From Takakia lepidozioides (taxonomy: Eukaryota > Plantae > Bryophyta), in contig CM060734.1 in assembly GCA_030704615.1 (NCBI GenBank), forward strand, positions 42,656,001-42,720,000: a stretch of 64,000 bases of DNA, in the 5' to 3' direction. Below, piece by piece: positions 13,259 to 24,370 of the stretch (positions are counted from its first letter, which is position 1; each line of letters begins with the position of its first letter). The notes below the pieces were generated by a model that saw only the letters and a program-made list of their open reading frames with translations, did no database searches and was not told where the DNA came from. The position numbers and the translations under genes were made by a program.

Positions 13259-13798
13259 TCAGGCCCAACAGGCATGGTCTCGACCAATAGGCTTATGAGA
13301 ACACTTTGTCTGGTTCTCGCTAATGTAATCAACGACTGTTGAAGCTCCAGCCATCTCTGATATATATGGCCACACTGCTTTTGTCATATCATCCCGGTCA
13401 TGCAATCCGTTTGGTGAAGGCTTGAATGAGAAAGGGAAGAATCCAGTATTTTGTGGTCGCAGGCCTTTTGATGGCTCATCATCTACAAGAAGTATTTGCC
13501 CCTGCGCAGCAAATGGTCTACCAGGGTACCTGACAATAACACTTCGAATATCCTTCACGAGATATTTTATCCCGGGCCTGATATAACCGGTGGTATCCTT
13601 ACAATCATCAGCAGACAATATGAAGCAAAACTTCTTTGTTATTTTCGTGGGGACGAAGCTCTCCAACATCCTACAAAGAATACCTCTATCAGCACATGAC
13701 CAAATGGCCACGTGAAAATGCTTCAATGCAAGGTCTAGAAACTCCAAGACTTTAGGCCGAGGCACCACAAACGGTCTGTCAGGAACTTGAAGTGTCAC
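13259..13798 (-). CDS. FCP1/SCP-like (NIF) HAD phosphatase domain, copy 3 (transposon cargo)
   Basis: FVVPRPKVLEFL...HFHVAIWSCA...FILSADDC...LVKDIRSV...ILLVDDEPSK. No clear N-terminal DxDxT motif seen. Confidence 0.75.
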   Translation of the reverse strand: MTLQVPDRPFVVPRPKVLEFLDLALKHFHVAIWSCADRGILCRMLESFVPTKITKKFCFILSADDCKDTTGYIRPGIKYLVKDIRSVIVRYPGRPFAAQGQILLVDDEPSKGLRPQNTGFFPFSFKPSPNGLHDRDDMTKAVWPYISEMAGASTVVDYISENQTKCSHKPIGRDHACWA

Positions 13799-15315
13799 AT
13801 TCCTGAAATGAAATTTCTTCTTAAACAGTTCACCGCCGGAAATTGATGAAGGTATTGTGCTGCATCCCCGCCTGTTCAGAAAAGATGGAGCTAATTAGTG
13901 CATAATCAAACGAACAGAAAAAAGAAAAAAATGGAGAAATGATATCGAATACTACCGATGTCGCCTTATTGGAAAGTCTCGCTGGCGGGCTTGGCATCCC
14001 AATGGACGTGTTTTGACGAGACCCCGGTATGTCCGAGGTATTCTTTTTCTTCCTCGAGTCTGTTTTGTCTCTGACGAAGGACTTCTCTCCGGTGGAACCG
14101 ATTTGTAGAAGAGATGGAAATGGTTTGGGGGCCTTATTCCACTTCCTCGGTGCAGAACATTGCGCCAACACTGCAGGGTCGGGAAGCCTAGAAGTTGCAA
14201 TTGAAGTTTCGTCCTTGTCCTCGTCGAAAGGGTTTCGGAGAAGGGGAACGGAATGGAAATTGTCCCTTGAGCACTCCACATCCTGAATGGAATTCACACG
14301 TAACGAAGGGATTACCTCGGAACAGATTTCCAATGAAGACGTCGTTTGACAGGAAGGTCACAATCCGCAGATTTTCTGGCCTGGAGTAAAACGAGAACAT
14401 CAGACCCAGTACTAAGGAAAACAAAAGGACGAGTTAGAATTCAGATATAAGTAATTTTACCTGACTTCTTCTGATTTGGGCTGTCCAACCTTCGTGCTGG
14501 GAAGAGAAAGAGGGAAGAGATGCAACATTGTGCTGCGGAGCCGCAGCCGCAGCCGCGTCCTCAACGGATGACATTCTCGAGGTAGATTTCACACCATTGA
14601 CACTTAACACGGAGGGTGAGGATTGTAGAGTGAGGTCCACGAAATCCCCTGCACATTTGTCAAGTTGGCTTCCATCTTCGACATTCAATCCTAAACAATC
14701 CTGCGACAGAACATCCTTTTCAGGAATGGACTGAAGAAGAGGGTCGTGCAATTGAAGGGAAACCAAGTGCATGGATGATGCTTCACCGTCGATGACAAAA
14801 ATCTCAACAGTAGTGTGAATGTTGTCCCTCTGTAGACGAATTTCTGATATGGAGGATTCCAATGGAAGTCCCGACAAGAAGTTGGCATCAGCAACATCGC
14901 CATGAACCTGCAGAAACAAACTTACAAGGTCAATGTACAGACACGGGATAACCTCCACTGCACAGTGGAGGTTATCGGATTTGAAAAAGCCCCCGAGACG
15001 AGTTTCGGAGAAGGCCTGTATCTCAGAGGATCGGGATGGTATGGGGTGGAGAAATGCTTGGATGAGACTAGGAAATAGCAAACAATTCCATGTCAATTCA
15101 GATTGAAAAGGAAATCACAGTACACAACAGTTTTTCTGGAAAAACAATACAACCTATAAAAAAAACCAATCAAAAATAAACATTGAATCACAGACGTGGT
15201 TGATCAATAAAATCTTTATTTTGAAGCATCACATCGGAGATTCCCGTAATTAGAATCATCAACATAATTCACGAGAGGCTTAAACTTGGGATCGGTGGAA
15301 ACATTCTGACAAGGC

Positions 15316-15900
15316 TTAAGTCATATCCTCTTTTCCCTGAGATAACTGGAAACCGTGTGAGATTTCTTCATTCCAAGCAAAAACCTTCTGGAGATAGCAA
15401 GAGTCCGTCTCAACGTATTCAAACGATTTTAGAATCAGGCAGGATTCAGGCGGGTTCAACACACACTTAATAGCTAAATCGTCAATAAGTAGAGTGTTAC
15501 TCAGGTTGTACTGACCACCAAATCTTTGCCAGACAGTCATCAATGGCTTCAAGAACAAACTTGGCGGGTCGTATCCTGATATAAATTGAGGGTGGACAGA
15601 AGTAGGACAGGAGATACAATCTTCCTGAGACATAACGAATGCCGGCTGAGGAAGACCCCGAAGCATAAAGTCCAGTATAGGCTGCAAGTTCTTGTACATC
15701 ATGCAGCTCCATATACCTAGACGGAAATGTTTGTTCAACTTTGTCCACATCTCACGATATTTTTCCCGCCTATAGACAAGTCAAAATCCAACAAGAGCTG
15801 GTATCTTGTAGTCTGTCTCGGACATTCGGGGGACATAGTAGCTTTTCTGGTGCTTCAAGACTTTGCACAAAACTCCATTCAGGTCAAAAATTATCAAGCG
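15316..15900 (-). pseudogene. FCP1/SCP-like (NIF) HAD phosphatase domain, copy 2
   Basis: LIIFDLNGVLCKV near 15860-15898, then in another frame HFRLGIWSCM...FVMSQEDC...LFLKPLMTVW...NTLLIDDLAIKCVLNP. Confidence 0.8.
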
Positions 15901-16052
15901 CAATCATTTCGCAACTGGAGAAACTGGTGCTGCAATCTGTGAGAAATTCATACATCCACTCATGTGGTAATCAAGATAAACCAAGGACAGGATTGACATT
16001 GGGAGAAACGTCCACTGGACAGTCGAGGTTCATGAAAATCTAGAGCAGCCAT

Positions 16053-16847
16053 CTACGTTTCAAACTGTTCCAATGAAGCGTCAGGAAATTTTTGTTTTCT
16101 AAGATAAACCTGCCACTGCAAATCCCATAGCAAGAGGCATTTGACCTTTGGGTCATTATACGGTGGACATCCTATGGGTTTTTCCACGTTGAATATATCA
16201 GCATCTTTTCCGGATAACCACAACTCTTCCAGGTGCGGTTTGAGTTTATCAAGAAGAAACCTGTCCTTGTATGGGTCGACGAGCGCTTTATATTTTGGAA
16301 GGAAGATACCGAGCGACTTTGGGTTCAAGTACGACTTATACATATTTTCTACAGTGTCGATAAGAAGTGTGTTTGATTTGTACGCTACAGGGTCGTCTAC
16401 GGTGAAAAGGTCGTAGAGACGTTTAAGATATATTGGCGCTTTTGGATATTTGGGCCATTCGGCACTGAACGTCTGTCTATGCTTCACGCAGTTCTCATTG
16501 CTGAATTCCCTGACCTTGTAAAACCTTCTTCCAAACAAAGCCAGCCCTATATCCAGGACATTTTCTAACGGTCCAGTGTTCCAAAATTAGACCTCAAAAT
16601 GCTTAAGGACCCATTTCAGGAAGTCGTCCAACCCATTTCGGACTGCAAGCTTGAATTTTCCAGCGCACACACAAGGATGGGTTGCGGGAGGGGATCTCGG
16701 GCCATCTCGGATGTAAATCTCACCAAGGTAACCGACGTCAAGAACCAGGACGTAGTATCCTGGTCGAGATCCTTTCGGTCCCTCAGAGAGGCGATACCAA
16801 TCCTGTGGGTTCACAGATTTATGATAGTCGATTGGAGGGTGAATCAT
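16053..16847 (-). pseudogene. Divergent FCP1/SCP-like (NIF) domain, copy 1
   Basis: YVLVLDVGYL...AVRNGLDDFLKWVLKHFEV*FWN...IYLKRLYDLF...SNTLLIDT...KSYLNP, with one in-frame stop. Confidence 0.7.
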
Positions 16848-17299
16848 ATCATCCTGTGGAATAACAGAACAATTAATTTATTTTGAAAACTAGAAGAAGG
16901 ACAAAGAAGAACATAGCTAAGATGGTTATGAGGTGTATACCCGTTTCGGGAAGGGGTTCCGAATTTGCTGATGGTGCTGCTCGCTCTCTTTTCCTTCGCG
17001 GTGAGCAACGACCATCTCCGGCTCATCTCCTCCATCTCGCAACGTCGACTGGGCAGTGGAGGTTGTTTGTTTGACCGGATCAATTGGGCTGGCCCTTATT
17101 GTTAAGTCCACCTGCCTCCTCACTGTTTGAGTCGCGATGGATTCTGTCCGGGTTTGTGTGATTTCCTCCAATTTCAGTTCATGGATCTATACGAGTTTTC
17201 TTACCGCCAGTCATATGTAAATTTCAAGAATGTGGGGAATATTAAGATACAAATCAGGTATTGCCAAAAACACAACCAGAACACAACCAGATGCAATAC

Positions 17300-20299
17300 A
17301 CACAATTTGTTCCATTTATAATGCTTGAAGACACCATAAATCTCACCTACATCCAAATTGACATGCTGGGAGACACTTTGAGAGTGAGTTGGGCTCTGAG
17401 TTCGGCCTCTGCCTCCGCTGTTTTTTCTTGGAGACGGGCTTTTAGTCATGCCTCTGTCACCACTGTCCATTTTTGCAGGGGACGGGCTCTTAGTCCTCCC
17501 TCTGTGTCCACTGTCTTTTGTGGGACACGGGCTCTTTGTCCTCGCTCTCTCTACCCTCTCTTTGGCGGGAGACGGGGACATTGGCGCCGGCTCGTCCCCT
17601 TCTACAGGTTTGAACCAGTCGTCTACACTCCCAATCAAATTGCCGCGCACCTCGATTGAGCTCGCCTCCGCACCCCTTGATGGTGAAGTAGGATTACTCT
17701 TAGTTCTCTTGCTTGAACTCGACAAATCCCCATCCAGAATCACGACATTGTGGACCGCAATGTCTTGGGACCGCAATGTGACTGAGTTCTGAAGTCCTGA
17801 ATCACATCCAAGTGTCTAGCCTCCCAACGGTCTGCATTGTCACCATCGTGGCCCTCGTTGTCCCCGTTACCATCGATGCCCTCGTCCTCCTCTATGTGTT
17901 CAGAATGTCCGCCTCCTTCTTCCAAGTCTTCATCTTCCTCCTCCTCATCCTCATCATCGTCTCCACCGTCAACCTCTTCAGCAACATTGTCATTCTCAAT
18001 TTGAAGCTTCTTAAAATTAGCTTCAACTTTTCCTTTGCAAAACTTTTTCTTGGTTGAGTGGTTGATGTCAAGCACTCGAATGTTTCTTGCCTGTAGATAA
18101 ACCCAGTCAGTAAAACAGATGACGTATTGGATCAAAAATGTAAAATTTGTATTTAAAATGCAAAAAGGTTTTACACTTACATGTAGGACGTACGTCAACA
18201 TCACGCCTCCGAAGATGTTGACAGCGGACATCCCGTCTCGACAAAACAGGAGGCCAAATAGTCGTATGTGTCAGTTCGTAGCTCATGATTATAAGTCCTG
18301 CACTCTTCTTCAAAAGCTGATGGCTTCTCAGAGGGCCCTTCCAGAATCGGCTATATTGGCTCGATTAACAGTACGGTGGAGATGTGCTCGTCCGGATTCT
18401 GCATCTCCTCAGGTGTCGCTGGAAAAACATAGTCCAGGCACAGTACAGTCTGAGAGAAAGTCTTCGTGCTGTTTTTGTAAATATTTTCATACTCTCCCGG
18501 AACATAAAATCCCTGACGGACAAGATACGATGTTCTTCCGGAACCATTTCGGATGTAGGAGACCAGATTGGCCGAGGATGGGTGCGTCGAGAAGAAAACA
18601 AAAGCACTCGTGTTCATTTTCTAAGCCACAAAGGCCTCCAGTATGTTCACATAATCGTTGGACTCAAATACGACATAGTCGTCTTCAGAAATTGTATTGA
18701 CGAACACCATCGCTATGTTGTCAAACCGTTTCTTCGGTGCGAGTCGCAGACGAGACTTGGCATCGGCGAATTTTGTTTCTCCACCCATGATAGTGTAATG
18801 AGTCTTGAAACTCGCTGAAATAATTGCCATGGCATCCTCTCTATCCTCATAAGCTTTCTTGATGGAGGAGACGTATTTAACAAAAGCAGCCGTGAGTGGT
18901 TTTGTCTCCATGTTCATCTTGATCTTGCTTTGTATGTAATCCGTCCCCAGGTTGTCTTTAAATGTTGAGAACTCTGCCTTATTGAAGTGGTACTTTCTCT
19001 TCACTTCACGCCACTCGTCCTTAGTGTACGGTTCCGTGCACTGTTTGCTCCTCCGAGGCCACCCCAACACTTCCATCACATCGTCGACAATAAACCGCCG
19101 CATTTTCATGTCGTTTATGTACTTGTTCATGCCTTGAATTGATTTGTCTTGACCTTTGTAATCTCGAATGGTCAATTTCATGTCCAGGATTTTCTGCGCA
19201 ACTTTTATCAGCTGCCATCTGTTCAACCCTTACAGCTTTGCGATAGCAGATTTCGTGAGCTGTTGTTGTTCACCCTTGTACTGTATCCCAAGCGGGTCGA
19301 GTAGCTTTCCCTGCTCCCAGTTTTTGAAAACATCTTCCCAGATCTTCCAAACGTCGTCGTCGCAAAGTACCAGGACCATTGTCTCCTTAATGCTACCCAT
19401 TTCTAGTATCAAATGACAGACAAACATGAACTCCTGCACATTCATTCAGGGATAAATTAGTTGTCACTCCGACAACAGAAGTATTCTTTAGCATAAAATG
19501 AATGTGAATAGTAGATTTTGATTCCATAAATGGAAACCTTCACAAGGAAGATACTCTCGAATCCGAATGGAAATACATCATTGTATTCCTTCGTGAGCCT
19601 CTCCTCCATCTTCTCGCATTTTTCCTTGTCAAAAATCTCCCCAGCTTTAGGTCTCTTGTTATCTGACATCAATGTTGGATCCTGATCCTCCTTCTGTTTC
19701 TTCTTTCCTGCGGAAGTCCCGGCCTCATTGTCATCATTGCCGGCTGTCGACGACTTGCGTTTTCCCCTCTTCGGCATTGATGCTTCCTCTAGTGCTCGTT
19801 TCTTGCGAATGTCATTCCCCATTGCGTGCAGAAGATCCAGAAAAATACTCCAAGCCCTCGACAAACCTACGTCTGTAAATACAGAGCCCTCGTCTGGAAA
19901 TCTAAAACCCAGTGCAACGCATTCACTCATCAACGACTTGTTCAGACGACCCACCTCCACTTTGAAACCAAACGTCCTAGGGGTTCTCGCATCCTCATGC
20001 AGGAACAAAACCAACATCGGGTTTTTCTCTTCAGATTCAAGCTCTATATCGAGAGCTTCTGCGTATTTTAAGTCTATTATTACTCCAAGACTTCTGTAAT
20101 GAAAAGATAGTTTTTGATTAGGAGGTGTACCGACAGGCACGATGCTCCAATCTATCACCTCTGGGTTAAGCTCAAAAATAGCGGTATGCTCAGTTTTGAA
20201 ATGTGAGGACTTCCGGCATACGAATGCGCCACAAATATCTCCAATCAATCCCGGGACGCAATCTGGTGGTGTAGGATGTCTTCTGTTACAAGCAAACAC
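17300..20299 (-). pseudogene. Multi-exon cargo gene with a degenerate beta-class methyltransferase-like C-terminal fold, acidic tract and KSPSP repeats
   Basis: Collinear ORFs 19457-20299, 19230-19445, 18621-19226 and 18351-18617. At 18180-18290 it reads ELRTDTYDYLAS/FCRDGMSAVNIFGGVMLTYVLH, then an intron, then ARNIRVLDI, resembling QKP..L..LI..FS.PGD.VLDPF.G. GT-AG intron at about 18092-18180. Confidence 0.5.
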
Positions 20300-20603
20300 A
20301 AATTTATTAGATAATCAAATAATAGGATCTCTCTTACTAGCATCCATCATTCCAGAAATGAGAACCTCCACTGGACAATGGAGGTTCGTATGTACGAGTC
20401 TTTCTACATAAAATGGGAAATCCTCCATTTTTTTCAGATGTTGAAGAAAAAACTTTAATGAAAATGAGGCTCAGGAGCCATTGAGTACATCATCCTGAAA
20501 CATGACTAATTTACAATAGAAATCTTCGAACCTAATTCGTCCAAAATATACTAAGGAACTTCTCGCACTATATTCAGACGATTCTAGATTATATACCCAA
20601 GAA

Positions 20604-21260
20604 CTACATAATGCTTCTTCTTATCTCTCTGAGTGTATCAGGCGAATAGTCTGGAGGGGTATATTTTGGGGATCCGGTGATACTATCAGGAGACGCAGGG
20701 GAGTATCCTGGAGATCCGGAGACGTCCAATAGTTCCAGGACTCCCCCGCTCGTTTCAGTATCGAGGAGGAAGTTTGGAGGATAATATCCTTCAGATCTTG
20801 ATGTGGATTCAGGAGATGTTGGCGAGTAACCCGGAGATGCTGGATATCCAAAAATGGTCACTCGTATCGCCGCCAATGTGTCTAGGGAATAGTCTGAAGG
20901 GGTGTATGTCGGATAATCTTGGGAGTGGGCAGGAGATCCGTTGATATCATTGTTTACATGAACGCTTTCTCTTATTTCCGCCAGAGTATCCTTACAGATG
21001 ACTTCAGGTGTATTGCTCGGAGATTCGGATGCGTTCCGCGGGGATTCTACAGTCACATTTTCGTCATTGACAGACACTTTGTTCGGCTCGGTAGACCCCC
21101 AGCTGGATTTTTCATCTGGTTCTGAAACACCATGTTTTTTATCTGGACGGTCCGCTTCCATCACGTCTACCAAACACCGTCTCTTGCTCCAATTTAATCT
21201 GGCTGTCTTGTAGTCATTGTCAGACACCGGTTCCCCACCCTCGTTCCTCTTTCTCATTCT
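20604..21260 (-). CDS. Ser/Pro/Tyr-rich protein with RNA Pol II CTD-heptad-like motifs
   Basis: SPGYSPTSPES, SPGYSPASPDS, SPKYTPPDYSPD and YPTYTPSDYS within a roughly 40-aa internal repeat. Open frame of more than 200 aa. Confidence 0.55.
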   Translation of the reverse strand, partial: RMRKRNEGGEPVSDNDYKTARLNWSKRRCLVDVMEADRPDKKHGVSEPDEKSSWGSTEPNKVSVNDENVTVESPRNASESPSNTPEVICKDTLAEIRESVHVNNDINGSPAHSQDYPTYTPSDYSLDTLAAIRVTIFGYPASPGYSPTSPESTSRSEGYYPPNFLLDTETSGGVLELLDVSGSPGYSPASPDSITGSPKYTPPDYSPDTLREIRRSIM

Positions 21261-24200
21261 GACATAAAAACTAATCAAAGTGTGTAATTGGCTGACCCAA
21301 AGAAATATCAAACCTCCACTGGGTAGTGGAGGTTCCCAATTATCGTATCCCAGTCTCGTTGGAAAGTATGTGTCACACTTACAATGTTACACATATGATT
21401 CCATCACTCGTTCCCACATCGTCTCAAACTGATTTCAATTTTCCCGTAATTATCCGATTTCGTCCTTACTTTAAAAAAATGCCTTTCAACTTCCGCATAC
21501 AGAATTCACGCGAACCTCCACTGGGTAGTGGAGGTTCCAGTTTCTGGTTGCTCATGTACATGACATGGGTCTACGAATACTCTACTCTGGCCTGCACAAA
21601 GCCTACTGTCAGCATATGTCTACTGTAGAATACAAGTAGACTAGGCTATCGTGGTTTTTCAGAATTGTCGAATTTGACATAATTGGATAAGAAATGAAAA
21701 TTTCCATTCAGAATCGAATTTGAATGGGAAGAAATGCATCAACTAACGCTGGATTTGGGGATCAAGAAAACGGTTGAGAAATAAACATCCGGGCATTTCC
21801 GAAACCACTGTCATCAATAAACCACCACAATGAACAAAACAAGCAATACAATTAGCACGGTAATCTCCCGCCACCCTAAACCATTACCCTAATCGACCAG
21901 AACAAGCACACACAAACCCAATTGCACACAAAACCACCACACAAAACCACCCTACAAACCATTGGTGAATTGAAAAACAACAGTGAAGCAATGACTCAGG
22001 AATGCACTGAAGCACAGAATGGAGCAGGAGTGAAATGAATTGACAGAGAATGAAACAGCATTGAAGCAAACAACGAAGCAAACAATGAAACAGAAACCTA
22101 ATGTGCACTAAAGCACGAACTGAAGCACTAAAGACAGTGCAGTGCAGCAGAGAATGAAGCAGGATCGAAACGAATTGAATCTTGAACAGGCCACATAAAT
22201 CGAGAGCGGGCCAACACAAAACGTGAAACAGAAGACGAAAAGAGGGAGTTTTTAATGTTGTACCTGCTTGTGCCGGCCATTTTGGTGCCCCTGCAACCAC
22301 AGTCCTTCGTTTGATACTCTCTTCCGCACCTCCACCTGCCGGTAATTGCACTGTGCTCTCGCCTCTACACTCGTCAATCTCCACTCGCCACTGTCCGGTC
22401 TCTCCTCCCCGCTCTTCAAATTTCGCCTATTTTACTCTCTCACCTTTCACCCTCTCCTCTCTCTGCACTCGGCCAAGTCTGCTCTTTCTCTCCACGCTCC
22501 AGTGTCCAGTCACTGCAAAACGAGCTCCAAAACCCTTCCCTTTCACGCTCTCCTCTCTCAACTGTTAAGCTCTCACTCGCGCAGCGCTTACGCGTAGAAA
22601 ATGGGAAGCCCAAAGGTTGGGCTCAAAGAGCGCACCCCTTATAAGCGACCTTCAAGGATGATCTGAATCATCGCCTCCGTCCAAAATCGAACGGTCGCAT
22701 GGCCCAAATGGATGTTCTGCCCCATCCACGCAAACTAACATTAATACTGTCCATCCACACAGATGAAATTAGTTCAACTTTTGTTCCACGAATGCACACG
22801 TTTGGACAGACGACTAGATAGACGAATGAAAAAAGGACGAAATGATTGTAATGACGCCATTGGTCAAACTCTGCAACCCTCACGCTTACAAAAATCTTAA
22901 AATAGATTCGAAGCCAACAAACCTTAACCCACGCCCCAAATGCACATGTGACCACCCACGTGACACGCCTAGGCAATCATTTCGAACTCAATCTGCCAGA
23001 GGACACAATGTTGTACCTACGGATTCGTCACACTGTATAATCATTGTCTCATATTGAGCCGTCCACAATTACTTTCGGCTGTTAGCCTCCAGGCGTTAAT
23101 ATTCCCTGACAGACATACGGCTTTAAGGATAATAGATGGTCCCTCGTGTCGGGCATTCCTCAATTTAAGGTCCAGAGCCACCATAGGGACTGCCCATTTA
23201 TCGAGGGATACCCGACACGAGGGGTCCATCCCTACTTCAAACATGTGCAAGCAAGCAAGGCACGACAAAGCATTCTGCACACCTGTAATGCACCGCCCTC
23301 GCTGTCCAATGCAATGCGCTGGCATGTAATGCCCTGCCCTGCCCAAGTGTTTTATTCACTGTAACAGCACGATAAATATAAACAGAACAATCTCAAAGTG
23401 CTTTATGGTTCACCTCCGGATTCCTCCCAGCTAATTATAATGATCGATTGTTAATGTGCAGTCCCGAATTAGATGTGGCGATTAGCCGCCTGACTTCATT
23501 TCTCCATGCCACTTGTCAGAATCGACATCCTTCATGCTTATTCCAGAGTCTGCTGTTAGAGCCGCACGATAATGATGCCAGACTTGTAGTCCTACTAACG
23601 TACAAGTACGATAGAATTCAGTCTGATCGCGGCCGTTATCTCCATAATTAATGTGACAATGGCTGCTGTCAATAAATGGAAAATTGTGCACACTTTCAAT
23701 GAAGCCGAGATTTCGTGAGTTGAAATAAGCCGTTCGATTCCGCCTTAATCCACGGTGGCCACAATCGATCCGGGAGAGAAAGCATACCCAACGACGCAAT
23801 GGCGTGAGCGTTGCACGTGAGCGCGCGAGCGTACGCTCACGCAGGAGTGACGTGGCGTGAGCGTACGCTCACGCCAGCTGACGTGGCGTGAGCGTCATGT
23901 CAGCATGCTGATGTGGCGGTAAATGATGACGTGGCACTGTCCGTCAACTGCCACGTCAGCATTAACATGCGCCGCCTATAACCGTGGATGGTCCTATGAC
24001 CGTGGAATTAATGCAGGGAATCTTGCCTAAATAGAATCAAGACGAGCGTTGAGGCCTACAATTGCAGCATCCAACATTGTGCAATTACAAATGCTTGTTT
24101 CACTTTTACAATTACGAAGACGACAAAATATCCTCACAAAGTGTGCGCCATAAAGGCTGCCACGAGAAGACTTCCTCCCTCCTCAAATAACAATGAGAGT

Positions 24201-24370
24201 TATGATCATCTTCAAAAGATGATTGTAGTGCATAGCGACAGCAAGACATGTAGACTTCGAACGGTGCAATGACAAATGTGCACTACCTAAAAGTTGTCAC
24301 TCAGACCTCACTCCGTATAGTTGGAGGCCATATCATTGCACAGCCGACGAATTGATGTGAATTACACATT

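Larger units (their letters stand above)
14947..21536. repeat. Dispersed 24-bp palindrome AACCTCCACTG-NN-CAGTGGAGGTT, left arm of the Sola-like element
   Basis: Copies start at 14950, 16007, 17041, 20363, 21311 and 21513. Confidence 0.9.
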
